A stretch of DNA of 64,000 nucleotides from Lama glama (Eukaryota), in contig CM052818.1 in the NCBI GenBank assembly GCA_028534125.1, positions 23,376,001-23,440,000 on the forward strand, read 5' to 3'. Made by a program: the position numbers and the translations under genes. Below are positions 1 to 11,279 of this stretch, in pieces; within the stretch, counting starts at the first letter, position 1; each line of letters starts with the position of its first letter. Under the pieces are notes generated by a model. It saw nothing but the letters and a program-made list of their open reading frames with translations. It searched no databases and was not told where the DNA came from.

Positions 1-399
1 TTAAATGTTTGGAGAACTTTTAAATGTATTTACATAGCTACCTGAGAACGCTATTCTGATTAAAATTCTAAGAGAGAATTAGACCCTGTGTGTGAAAGGC
101 TTTAAACTCTTAGAAGAAATGGAGCTATGCAAATCTAAAGTGTTGGCATTATTAATAACAACAATAGTTTTAATATATGTCAAGCAGGGGCTTCTTGCAC
201 ACCAGGCAGAGTGGTGGGGGGAGACTTGAGCTCCCAGCGGGGTGGCCTGCCCTTTCCCAGGGACTAATGCACCTGCTTTATCTGGGGGAAAGTGGAGGAT
301 TAGCGGCCATTTAGTTAATCTCCCTGTTTAATCACCAGGCCAGAAACACTGCCCTTTTCTGTTTCTTTTTTCTCCTTTGCTTCTCTTTTTCTCTACCAG

Positions 400-671
400 G
401 CGGAAGAGTGCTTGCCCCTTTAAGCCTCAATTTCCTTTTTTCTCCTTTCAAATCCTAAGAGGAATTTTGGCTCTTGCTTCAGGCGTAACTTGGATCAGCA
501 AAGCCAATATTTTCTCAGGGCTCCTGTTTTTCTTCTGCAAAAGTGGAACAATAGAGCCTGTCCCTGGTGTATGCTCAGAACGAGGACTCTGATCGTGCTA
601 GAGGTGCAGGGAAGAGCACTGGATTTGAAGGTAGAATAAGTGTTTCCTACTTATGAAGGCGGTTATTCTGG
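400..671 (+). other. Candidate exon of an unidentified + strand transcript (mostly UTR-like; ATG at 653 gives MKAVIL, phase 1)
   Basis: About 45-nt pyrimidine tract ending ctaccAG (398-399); donor CTGG|gtaagc at 671/672. No transcript evidence. Confidence 0.35.
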
Positions 672-874
672 GTAAGCTGCGACGTGGAAGTGCTGTGGCA
701 TCCAGAAACCTCTGTACGCATGCTACTGTTTCACAGGGCAGGGTGGGCTTCCAGGTGGCCTGGCAGCTGGAGGTACAGGAACGCACTGTAATTGACCCTA
801 CTTACAAATGCCAGAACTCGTTTCCCTCTGAAAGCGGTTTGCCCTTCCTTAGGAGCAAGGGTGTTTTCATGGCG

Positions 875-1080
875 TCATCCATTTATTTAACACTTCCAAC
901 AGATATTTTTGGGTGTGCCTGCGAAGTAGAAGGTGCTCTCCTGGGCACTGGCTACTACAATCCCTGGTCTTGCGGAGCTTAGTCACGTGGGCGAGACCAA
1001 CAGTAAGCAAGTAAACAAAACATTAAATGTGTAATTCCAGATTGTGATGAAGGGCACTGACAGGGCTGTGGCCAGAGAGA
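875..1080 (-). mobile_element. L2 LINE 3' end fragment
   Basis: tcatccatttatttaac...agatatttttgggtgtgcct...ctgggcactgg...ggagcttag resembles the reverse complement of the L2 3' terminus. Confidence 0.6.
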
Positions 1081-1109
1081 GAATTCTGGGGTGTGGGCTG
1101 GAGGGAGGT

Positions 1110-1154
1110 GGCCCTGGGTTCAATCCCCCGTACCGCCTCTACAAATAAATAAAT
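1110..1154 (+). mobile_element. 45-bp internal fragment of Vic-1-like SINE (B box region plus AAAT run)
   Basis: ggccctgggttcaatcccccgtaccgcctctacaaataaataaat; 42/45 identical to 2618-2662. Confidence 0.85.
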
Positions 1155-1619
1155 GTGGCCCTCGGAGCTGGAAGGACTCCTGGAACGTTTCTGGTCTTTC
1201 CCCTCATCCTTGGCTGGACCTCCCGAGGACAGAGACTCTGAATGCACCAGGAAGCGCCCTGCCTAAGCCTTTACCCTGTAGCAACTGGGCCAGCTTCTGG
1301 GATTAGCTTTTTATCAGGAAGCTAATGGAGCCCGCTTCCTTCTCATGCTCGCCTCCCTGGATCAACCTGGCACTGCCTCAGGCGGCCCCCTGAGCACCAG
1401 CCTTCTGGAACCAGCCGGAAGCTTGCGGGCATTTATTTCCTTTCTCGGCCTTAAAAAACTCTGCCCTCTGAGATAGACCGAGTAATTACAGTCACGTCTG
1501 GGTGGAAAGGAAAGGTAAAATGTAAGTGGCAAGGGTTTCCACGCTCTTGCTCCCCCGGGGGTCTAATGGTCCAGCTTTGGCTGGCCAAATGGACAAGCAC
1601 TTGAGAGCCTGTGTGGGGT

Positions 1620-1760
1620 AGTGAGTCTTGCCCTGGGCTGGGAGTCACAAAATTTGGACTCTGCTCCTAACCAGATGGTGACTTGAGGCCAATCACTTCA
1701 TCTCTCTGGTTTTGGTCTCAGATCCCTTACTTATAAGATGAGGAGGATGGGCTAGAGGAG
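1620..1760 (+). mobile_element. MIR SINE fragment
   Basis: Core-like gtgacttgaggccaatcacttcatctctctg...tctcagatcccttacttataagatgagg. Confidence 0.6.
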
Positions 1761-2569
1761 GTACCTAGAACTTTCTACATCAGATAGATTTTATACAACA
1801 TTTTCAAATACGGTCATTGAAAAAATACTTTCCAGTCTCTGTCCTTTTTTTCTTTCTTTCATTTCTTTAAATAAAGGGTGGCCAGGACAGGGAACCAGAG
1901 GTTAATTCTCTGCTGGTGAGATAACGTGTGATTCCTCATAGTTGCTATAGATTGCTGACTTAAATTCTTTGAGACTAATGCATAGTTCTGCAGAACTGAG
2001 CACCCTGCCCCATGCCCTCCCAGACTGGCCTCTGGCACTTCTGCCTTGGTGGGGTCAAGAAACTGATTCAGTCACCGGTGGGCAAGAAGAGGGAGGGGAG
2101 TCAGGTTTGATGGGCAAGCTACCGGCAGCAGGGAATTGGAATTGTTGGCATCAGTGTAGTTAGCACACGTGCCTGCCTGACACCATCCTCCTCATACCCT
2201 CTGCCAACTCTGTCCTGCTCTGCGTCCCCTCCTGGAGAGTGTGTCACTCCAGGCTTTCCTGCTAGCCTGGAAGGTGGGGAGAGAGGGAGGTCAGGGTTCT
2301 TGTGAGTACCATCTCCTGCCTTGGCTTCTGGTCCCATCCAGGACTATGTCTTTCCCATGGCTCCAGCCCTCACTGGGCTAGGGAAACGCTACTCTCTTCA
2401 TCTCCAGGGGCTAATTAATGCAAGGGCATCTTGCTGGGTGTGTTTGTTCTCTTAATCCTACCCAGATTTCTACCAATGTGGGGTGAATTCTGTTTCTTGT
2501 CAGGTCTCTAACTGTCATGACATCCAAAGAGGACACGAAAAGTAACCAGGAGTTAAGATTATATTTATT

Positions 2570-2745
2570 GGGAGGAGGGCATAGCTTAAGTGGTAGAGCG
2601 CCCACCAGCACACAACAGGCCCTGGGTTCAATCCCCCATACCGCCTCTGAAAATAAATAAATAAACCTAACTACCCCCCACCCCCCACTAAAAACAAAAA
2701 AAGAAAGAAAACCGAAAAATGCTAAAAAAAAAAAAAAACAGGGAA
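2570..2745 (+). mobile_element. Full-length camelid tRNA-derived SINE (Vic-1-like) with 14-bp TSD
   Basis: A box (tagcttaagtggtagag), B box (gggttcaatccc), aataaataaacctaa/C-run/A-tail. TSD aagattatatttat at 2555-2568 and 2746-2759, at a TT|AAGA L1-endonuclease-type site. Confidence 0.93.
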
Positions 2746-2759
2746 AAGATTATATTTAT

Positions 2760-2928
2760 CTGTGCTTCTCAACCATGGCTGAACTTTAGAATCTCCAGGG
2801 GAGTTTAGAAAAATACTGTGCTTGGGTCCTGTCCCTAGAGATTCAGATTTACTGGTCCAGAGTAAGGCCTGGGATTGATATTTCTAAAAAGTTTCTGATA
2901 TGCAGCCTGAGTTTGAAAAAACCAATAT
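2760..2928. mobile_element. MER5A-like hAT-Charlie MITE
   Basis: gtgcttctcaacc...ttagaatctccaggggag...agagattcagattta...tctgatatgcagcctgagtttgaaaaacca. Confidence 0.7.
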
Positions 2929-3019
2929 TGCTGATTGGTATTAACTGTTGGGGCTGGGGAAAATACAACTTTTCCCTGAGAATTAGGATCATTTCCTTGG
3001 TCATAGATGTCCACTCTTT

Positions 3020-3329
3020 CTTTTTTTAAGTTTTTAATGCTAGAAACTTCATACCTACACAGAAGTAAAGAGGGTAGTGTAATGAATATGCATGTACCCA
3101 TCACTCAGATTCAGCAGTTGTCAACTCTTGGCCCATCCGATGCACTTGTACCATTTTATACACTGACCAGCAGTGTATGAGCGTTCTGGTGGCTCTGCCT
3201 CTCTGCCAATGTTTGCCATTGTCAATCTTTTAAATTTTTGTCATTCTAGTTGGAATGAAGTGATATCGTGGTTTTAATGTTCATTTCCCTGATGCCTGAT
3301 GATTACCTTTGCATGAGCTTATTGGACAT

Positions 3330-3366
<37 letters not shown>

Positions 3367-4490
3367 TTAGAGATGACTGCATGTTTTTTGTCCATTTTTA
3401 ATTGAGTCTTTTGTCTTTTTATTGTTGATATGTAGAAGTTACTTACATATATTGAATACACTTTTTAAAAAAATTTGGTTACAAATGTATGCTGAAAATA
3501 GTTTTTCCCAGTCAATGATTTGTCTTCTTTTTCTTGGTAGTGTTTTGATGAACAGGAATTTAAAATTTTGTGAGGTTTAGCATCAATTTTTCTTTTACGT
3601 CATGTGACTTTTGTCTCTGGTCCAACATTTTGCCAACCCTTAAATCATTAAGATATTTTTTCTGTGATTTCTTCTAGAAGTAGTAAGGTTTTGTGCTTTG
3701 CTTTTAGGTCTCTGATCCATCTTGAGTTAATCTTTGTGTACGGGGTGAGATTGAGTTGAGGTCCATTTTATTTTCATCTAGGTATCCATTTGTTCCAGCA
3801 ACATTCGTAAAAAAGATCATTTTCACCCTCTAAATTGACTTGGTAAAATCAATTTGTTGAATTCAGTTTGCTTTATGTGTGTGCCTATTTCTGGACTCCT
3901 TATTCTGTTCCATTTTATCAATTTGTCCATCCCTATCAATACCATACTATATTGATTACTATAGCTTTACAATAAGTCTTATAATCAGGTACTATAAAGC
4001 TGCCAACTTTATTCTTCTTTTTCAAGATTATTTGAATGTTCTCAAGCCTTTGAATTTCCTTGTAGAATTTAGAATCACATTGTCTTTTTATTCAACATAG
4101 CTTGTTGGCATTTTTGGCATAACAATTTATATACCAGTTTAAGGACACTGTACATCTTAGTAATATTGAGCCTTTTATTTTATGAACCTGGCAGATTTCT
4201 CCATTTATTTAGATCTCTTAAAATTTCTCCCAGAAATGTCTTCCAGTTTTTAGTGAAAAACTGCCATATTTCACTAGATTTATTTCCAAGAGTGTGATAT
4301 TGTTGTTGCTTTGTACATTAAAAAAATTTTGCTTTCTAATTCTTTGTTGCTAGTATATAGAAAATCTAGTTCCCAATTATTCCAGCATAATTATTCATTT
4401 GCCTTATCTCACAAGTCTTACAACACAAATACCAAACTTATAACCAATAACATAATTATTAACATTAATTTAAGCATATTTTCATTTCCC
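3020..4490 (-). mobile_element. Old L1M-class LINE-1 fragments (3' UTR and degraded ORF2)
   Basis: Antisense L1 motifs: cagcagtgtatgag, gtggttttaatgttcatttccctgatg, ttttaggtctctgatccatcttgagttaatctttgtgta, taatattgagcc. Confidence 0.8.
3334..3364. repeat. (TG)n microsatellite, about 15 units
   Basis: Directly visible. Confidence 0.95.
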
Positions 4491-4506
4491 TAAGCATATG
4501 CTAATG

Positions 4507-4709
4507 TAGGGCCAGCAAATTATGACTGAGTTGGCTGCCTGTTTTTGTCAATAAAGTTTTATTGGAACATGGCACATTCATTTACGTATTTTCTAGGGCC
4601 GCTTTCTCACTATATTAGCAGAGTTGAGTAGATGCAAGAGAGACTGTGTGGCTTGCAAACCTAAAATATTTACTATTTGTCCCTTCAAGAAGAAGTTTGC
4701 TGATCACTG
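4507..4709 (+). mobile_element. MER58A-like hAT-Charlie MITE
   Basis: gcctgtttttgtcaataaagttttattggaac...gcagagttgagtag...cctaaaatatttactat...aagtttgctgatcactg. Confidence 0.85.
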
Positions 4710-4717
4710 CTTTTAAC

Positions 4718-4918
4718 AGAGTTTCTCAGTGAGGGCACTGTTGACTCTCGGGCCAGATAATTTCTTGCTGTGGCGGTTGTCCTGGGTATTATAGAATGTT
4801 TAGCCCTGGCCTGTGTTTTCTAGATGTTGGTAGCAGCTCTCACCTCTTGTGAATCAAAATGTCTTCAGACGTTGCCAAGTGTCTCCAGGCGGTAAAAAGT
4901 GTGATGCCTGACCTGACT
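4718..4918 (-). mobile_element. MER20 hAT-Charlie element
   Basis: tttctcag...ggcactgttgac...gggccagataatt...agaatgtttagc...aaaatgtcttcagacgttgccaagtgtc. Confidence 0.8.
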
Positions 4919-5469
4919 GTTCTAAGTGGGCAAAGAAAAGGCAATGTTTTCATTGAATAGAGAACAAAGAAAGCAAGCATGCCAAGAAACATTTCATCAA
5001 GAAACGTGTGTTAAGTAATTATCAGGCATTGTAGTAACTGACAAAAACAAGGGAGGGACTATAGCTGTGTGATCCCCCCTCCCTTTCTGCGCCCAGGTAT
5101 TAGATATCACATGTATTCTCACCTTATTTTGATGTGCAGGTTTATTGTTTTTGGTCAACATAGTTAATATGGGGGGGGGATTAGAAGACCCAAGACCTGC
5201 TGACCCTATGCACGTGTTAAACCATAGAAAGACAAGGTCACAGAGGTATAGAGTTAGAAGGGACATTGGAATCCATGAGGCTCAATCCCTCACCTAAGGA
5301 AGGGCTCTTATTAGTCACTTGTAGGAGAGCTGGTCGTCTGACCTCTGCCCGACGGTCTGGAGATGGAGCACTCAAGACCCTCTGGGGTCCAATGCTACAA
5401 TACTTACAACCCACGGGGCTCAACACTGTCTTTTGTTTGCCTTAATTTAGTGTTAATGAAACAGCAGCA

Positions 5470-5640
5470 ACACCACCATGAACATCATTTACTGAGCATT
5501 TACTGTGTGCTGGGCACTGTGCTAAGCACTTTAAATGCATGATCCCCTGTAATCCTTAAAATGACTCTACAGGACTGGTGATATTACCTCCATTTCGTAG
5601 ATGGATGAACTGAAACTTAGTGATTTGCCTGCATATTTGC
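5470..5640 (-). mobile_element. MIR SINE
   Basis: catttactgagcatttactgtgtgctgggcactgtgctaagcacttta...ccatttcgtagatg. Confidence 0.8.
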
Positions 5641-5646
5641 CATAGG

Positions 5647-5665
5647 TGTGTGTGTGTGTGTGTGT
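5647..5665. repeat. (TG)n microsatellite
   Basis: Directly visible. Confidence 0.9.
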
Positions 5666-5934
5666 TCATGTTTGTAAGAGTATGTGTATTTGTGTGTAAA
5701 ATAAATATGCAGTACCCTACTACTCCTCCCACAAAATAGAGGCCAACACACACTGCAGGAGATCTGACAGGACACTATCATGAGTGTCCCAGACAGGCTA
5801 GTCATTTGGTGACTTTTTAAATTTATTTGGAATTTTCTAGAAATTATAATTTTTCTCCACAGATAACTTACTAGGAAGTTAATGTATATATATATTTTAT
5901 CCACTTCCTTTTTTATATTCACAATTTTAGAACT

Positions 5935-6905
5935 TTTTATTTTTTTATTGAAGCATAGTTGAAATATAATATGTTACAAGTGTACAATATCATGAGTCAC
6001 AGTTTTTAAAGGTTATACTCCATTTATAGTTATTATAAAATATTGGCTATTTCCCTCTTTTGTACAGTGTACCTTTTTGGCTTATTTTATATTAATAGTT
6101 TGTACTTCTTAATCACCTATCTCTATATTGTCCCTCCCCCATTTTCCTCTCCCTGCTGATAACCACTAGTTTGTTCTGAGTCTGCTTTTTTTTGTTATAG
6201 TCAGTAGTTTGTTGTATTTTTGTATTTTTTAGATTCCACATGTAAGTGACACCTTATGATATTTGTCTTTCTCTGACTTATTTCACTTAGCATAATGCTT
6301 TCCAAGTTCATCCATGTTGCTGCAAATGGCAAACTTTCATTCTTTTTTATGGCTGAGTAATATTCCATTGCATATATATACCACATCTTCTTTTTGCATT
6401 CTTCTGTTGATAGACACTTAGGTTGCTTCCATATCTTAGTGATTATAGATAATGCTGCTATGAACATTGGGGTGCACGTATCTTTTCAAATTACTGGGTT
6501 TTTTTTTTTCCACATATATATACCCAGGATTGGAATTGCTCAGTCATATGGTAGTTCTATTTTTAGTTTTTTGAGAAACCACCATACTGTTTTCCATAGT
6601 GGCTGCACCAGTTTGTGTTCCCAACAGTGTACAAGAATTTCCTTTTCTCTACATCCTCACCAACATTTGTTCTTTGTGTTCTTTTGGTGATAGCCATTCT
6701 AGCTGGTGTGAGGTGATATCTCATTGTGGGTTTGATTTGCATTTCCCTGATGATTAGCTGTGTTGAAAATCTTTTCATGTGCCTATTGGCCATCTGCATT
6801 TCCTCTATGAAAAAGTTTGTTCAGTTCTGCCCATTTTTAATCAGGTTGTTTGTTTTTTTGATGTTGAATTGTATGAACTGTTCATATATGTTGGATATTA
6901 ACCCT
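5935..6905 (-). mobile_element. 5'-truncated L1 (artiodactyl-type 3' UTR plus ORF2 C-terminus)
   Basis: Minus-strand ORFs encode L1 ORF2 C-terminal peptides ([49 protein letters not shown]); poly-T tail near 5935-5947. Confidence 0.93.
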
Positions 6906-7307
6906 GACCTCAAATGTTGCTTCGTTTGACTTGTCTCTTAAATCCCGGCTCTGGACTTGAGGTGGTGCTGGGGGTTGAAGGGTCTTGTTGATGAAAAGAG
7001 GGGCCCTCATCCTAGAAACAGATTTCCTTCTCTGTAAAATGATGTGGGCAGTTTCCACGGGTGCCTAAGTTCCATTCCAGTTGTTAGAGTATGTGAACCT
7101 GAAAGTGAAAAATGTGAACATGGGGATAAGAGAGAATACTGCATTGGTTGGCTTGGGGGAATAATGAAGAAAATTTTACCACAGATAAAATTACTTTTAT
7201 CAAATTAAATTAATTACTTATCACTGCTAAATAAAGAAGGAACTATTTTTTCCCACGAGGCTGATACGTTGAACACAGGATGTATTCCTGTTATGGGAAA
7301 GGTACAC

Positions 7308-7340
7308 TGTAATTTTTAGTGTGACCACTGGATGGCACTA
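7308..7340 (+). promoter_or_regulatory. Candidate CTCF site (core plus upstream motif)
   Basis: gaCCACTGGATGGCACTA fits the CCASYAGRKGGCRS core with one mismatch; TGTAAT lies upstream. Confidence 0.6.
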
Positions 7341-7769
7341 TTGCTCCACGGTGTTAGTGAAAAAAAAAATCACCCTGCATTTTCAGGTAAAGTGAGTTTG
7401 CAGGAGGCTGCTGAACCTTAAGGAAAAATATACGTGGTTATTATAGCTGTAAAGGACTTCTGGAACTATCTGTTCAGTCTCTTTATTTTATTTATTATGT
7501 GATATATAAACACATTTTAATTGTAAAGGAATCAAGTTTTATATATACTTGCTTCCTTTCCTCCTCACTCTCTGCCATGCTCATTCCCCACCCCAGAGAA
7601 AACTTGCTGTTAACCCTTTGGGGTATTGCTTTAAGGTCCTTCCTGTGTGCTACACACATATGTGTATGTACGTGTCATATGTGACTTTTCTTAATGACCA
7701 TTCATGTGACCTCCTGATTTTGTAAATGAGGAAAGACGCAGTGTGGGATTTGGGGCCAGTGCTGTTTTG

Positions 7770-7960
7770 TGGGAAGAGCCTGTGCTTTAGAGTCACACAG
7801 ACGTGGGTTTTAAATTTTCATCTTGCAGATTAACAGTGACCAACCTTGGCCAAGCTATTTAGCTCTCACCTGAGCCTCATTCCCCTCGACTTGCAAGCTG
7901 TTCAGGTGTAGTTTAAAAAGATGGATCCATGCAAATGCTCCTAGCTCAGCTGGCCTGGTT
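7770..7960 (+). mobile_element. MIR SINE
   Basis: aagagcctgtgctttagagtcacacagacgtgggtt...accttggccaagctatttagctctcacctgagcctca. Confidence 0.7.
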
Positions 7961-8456
7961 ATAAGTGTTAATTTCCATCTCTATCACTCTGCCAAGTTCA
8001 CACAACTCAATAGTGGAAGAGCGTGGTTTTCTCCATCCTGTGCCTCCTAGGAACCTTTGAAAGATGTGAGTACATGCATACATGCATTATCAGATGCAGA
8101 CTCCAGCTTAATGACCCAGTGCCCCATAAGTATGAATCCTGCTGCTGCCAAAAAGTCTTCCCTGGCCACGTGTGCCTCGCTTCTGTTCAGGTTCAAGGAA
8201 GGACTGTATTTGAGGGCTGGAGGGAAACTCCAGGGTACAAAATGGCACAGGAATTCAGAAAGGCTCAATCGACTGGGAATCAAGTTCAGATTCGGCTGGT
8301 CTGTCAACTTACTCAAAACCCCCGTGTTCTCTGTGCCCAGGTTTCTTTATCTGTAAAACCAGAAAGATGAATCTGGACCCCATTAGAGCTTAAACTAGTG
8401 AGAAGCTAAATAAGCCACGAAGCCCATCAAGCTTTCCTTTTTGCCTTGTTTTCCAG

Positions 8457-8517
8457 AAATCTCAGAGCCAAGTTGACTGTGACTTGAAACAACTTCCCTT
8501 GCCCCCAGGTTTCTGGG
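8457..8517 (+). other. Candidate 61-nt internal exon
   Basis: Acceptor tttcctttttgccttgttttccAG| and donor GGG|gtaagt in apparently unique sequence. Confidence 0.3.
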
Positions 8518-10319
8518 GTAAGTACCTTCCATTTTGTGGTTTTCTGCTGGTTTTCATTTTAATGGTGTGAGTTATGGACCAGTACAGGTGGTGGTGAAGA
8601 GATGGGCTGGATTTAATCCAGGCACGTGGGGGCTTGAAGCTTTGCACTTTGGGATACCGTGGCTGGGAAGGATTCATCCCCCCTTTATAGAGTCCATGAC
8701 AATGCCTGATGTTTCACTGGGCAGTTTTAGAAAATCCTTTCAGATGAGTTTAAAAATAGTGATTTAAAAATAAGATTTCTGATCTAATTTGAAACTCACA
8801 ACAGTCTTTGAGGCTTGACTGAAAAGCAGCAGGCACACTGGGAGTTAGTTGAATGGTGTTTTATAAAAACAACACAGCCTTAAACACATTAAACAAAACA
8901 AAACAAAACCCAGAGGAACAGCGTATCTGCTTCAGGTAAGAAAGTCTTTTCCTGAAAAATGAAGCAGGTTTTAGAGGAAGCGAGGTGGCAGGAAGCGCAG
9001 GACTCGGGGGCAGGTTGGTGGAGTTTTCCATCCCCGGGTAGACCAAGCTGGGACCACATGCTCCCTTGTCTCTGTGTGGTTCTGAGCTGCCCACTGGGTC
9101 ATGGCTCTTTTCTCCTTTACCCTGTGGATGTGAACCTCACTTATGGCCACCACACAGTTTTCCTCAGGAGGAGGCAGGGGCTGTGTACCCCATCTTGGAG
9201 ATGAAAACCTGCATTGTTATGGCACCGTGTGCTGCTACTGTCCACGAAATGGGAACAGTCTCTGCACTTGATTCACATTCTGCCTAAATCGACCAAAGAA
9301 TCTACCGGGGCTCCTGGGGCGGGGTCCTGGGGCTCCCTGAGGGGACCACCTCTGGGACTCCCCAGGTCCCTGATACTAGGACAACTGGATGGCACTTCTG
9401 AGATGCAGAAGGATCGATTTTGCAATGAAGAAGAAAGGATGAAGACACAGACCTCAGAGCAGAGTCTTCCAGTCACTCTGCACAGCAGCTCCATGACTGC
9501 TCATCCTAGGATGAGATGCTGTGGGATAAACAGGAGCGACCATTGCCACTTTGCAGGTTTTGCTCTCATTCCAGTCTGGTGATGGGGGAAGCAGCTGCAG
9601 GCATCGTTTGCTTAAAGCGAGTCTTCTGTCCTGATGTAAATGCTGAGCTTTCTAATGAAGAGGAGATTGATGCTTCGATGACGCTGGGGAGCTGTGGGAG
9701 GGCTCCTTCACGTCCCCAAAGAAGGGGCGGGAAACAAGCCTTCAGAGAGTCTCCCTGGAAGAGGCTTAAATGAGCGACTTCTATTTCTTTTCCAGAGTTA
9801 GAGGCAGGCTCAGTCTACAGTCAAGGCTGTGAGCTGTGTGCCTACTAGTTCTACTTAAATACAATTTCTGCATGAATTGCTATTGGGAGTGTTTCAGTGT
9901 CTCCCATTGGAGAGTCTTGTCTCTGAGTAGAGCTGTACCTGAGCTGTTCAGGTCAGAGCTGCCAGCGTTAAGCAGAAGAACGCCTGGTTGCAACAGCCGT
10001 GTTTATAAATGGTCGCTATCTTGCCTCGGCAGGAAGCCGGGCAACTTTTTAAAAATGCAGAGTCAGCTCGGTTGGTGCAGTGCTGAGACCTGATTAAGAA
10101 AGCCTTGCTATTCAATTCTCTGTCTTTAAATGAAATGATTTTCAAAGTCTTAATGGTTTCGATGCCAAAGAAGAGGGAAGAATGCCAAAGCCGATGGGGA
10201 AACAAATTGTTTTTCCCAAACGGGCTATTTTCACGACGAAAGGAAAGAAAAATCCGTTTTGAACTGCTGCGCTGGGGACAAAGACAGTGGTGCTGCAGAT
10301 CTGGGCTTCAGGGCCTCGT

Positions 10320-10847
10320 CTGCAAAGTGTGCAGAGGGTCCTGGCACTTGGACGGAGCCAGATGGCTGCAGGTTCCACCAGTTTGGCCAAACTGGTCAGT
10401 CCTGCAACAGGGCTTCTTCCGGACTCAGGGCCTCTGACCTTCTCCGCATAGAGTGTTTACTTTAGAAAACCTTCACCTGTAAATTCTTCCCCTGCCCTTT
10501 TGAAATGTAAATCTTCTCACAGCCTCTTGCCAGGTTGATAACCTAGGAACCTGGGAGCCACCCCTTTGAAATAAATTCACCAGGAACGCTAGCAGCCTAG
10601 TCTCCCCCTCTCTGTGGGCAGGTAGGAGCCTCACTTCCACAAGCACCAGCTAGCAAACACAGATGGCCTGATCACACTGCCCCGCCTCCCGGCTACCTTC
10701 CTCCAGTGCTTTTTCGCCAGCTCACTCCAACCCTTAACGACTCTCCCGCCTTGCCTTTTGTTCAGCCCCTCTCCCCTCTTGCTGCAAGAGCCTTGAATAA
10801 AATCTCCCTTGCTTGTTTAACTCTGTCTGGCACAGTTTTCTTTGGCA
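10320..10847 (+). mobile_element. ERV1-class solo LTR (MER67/MER31-like; 5' boundary uncertain)
   Basis: tttactttagaaaac...ggagccacccctttgaaat...tagcaaacacagatggcct...ttgAATAAAatctcccttgcttgtttaactctgtc...ctttggCA terminus. Confidence 0.75.
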
Positions 10848-11279
10848 TTGCTCACTCCACATCCTCTTTCTGGGACTCTGGAGTCCCACCACCCCCTGTG
10901 GAGCAACCTCTTCTCTGATGGAACTGCCTGGAAGCTGCCCCTCCCCCAGCCTCGCATCCAGTTGGAAGAATCCCCTTCCAGCCCCTCTGTCTTCGGGCTG
11001 TAATCCCAGAGGTGCTCGCACCAGTACTTCCTTAGGAGGGAGGGCTCGGGGAACAGGGGAGGAAACCACCACCTGGCTGCTCCTTGGGACTCTATTTCCA
11101 TGGGGATCTCTCTATTTTGTAATTTTCTTTTAATTAAAAATACATTTTCAGTTCTTGGGTGGGGAATAAATTACAAATGCTAGGAGCCCTTGAGCTGCTG
11201 CATTGGGGTTCCTGGAGTGTCTTGATGGCTTTATTTTGAAAAATCTGTGGTCCGTTTTGGGGAGACAGTTTCACCAAGT

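Noticed and set aside
2570..2650. tRNA-like A and B boxes
   Set aside because: SINE head with AT-rich tail and TSD, in multiple diverged copies; not a tRNA gene.
6201..6799. ORFs with protein-like sequence
   Set aside because: Frameshifted L1 ORF2 remnants, not host genes; the same applies to 28528-28803 and 63297-64000.
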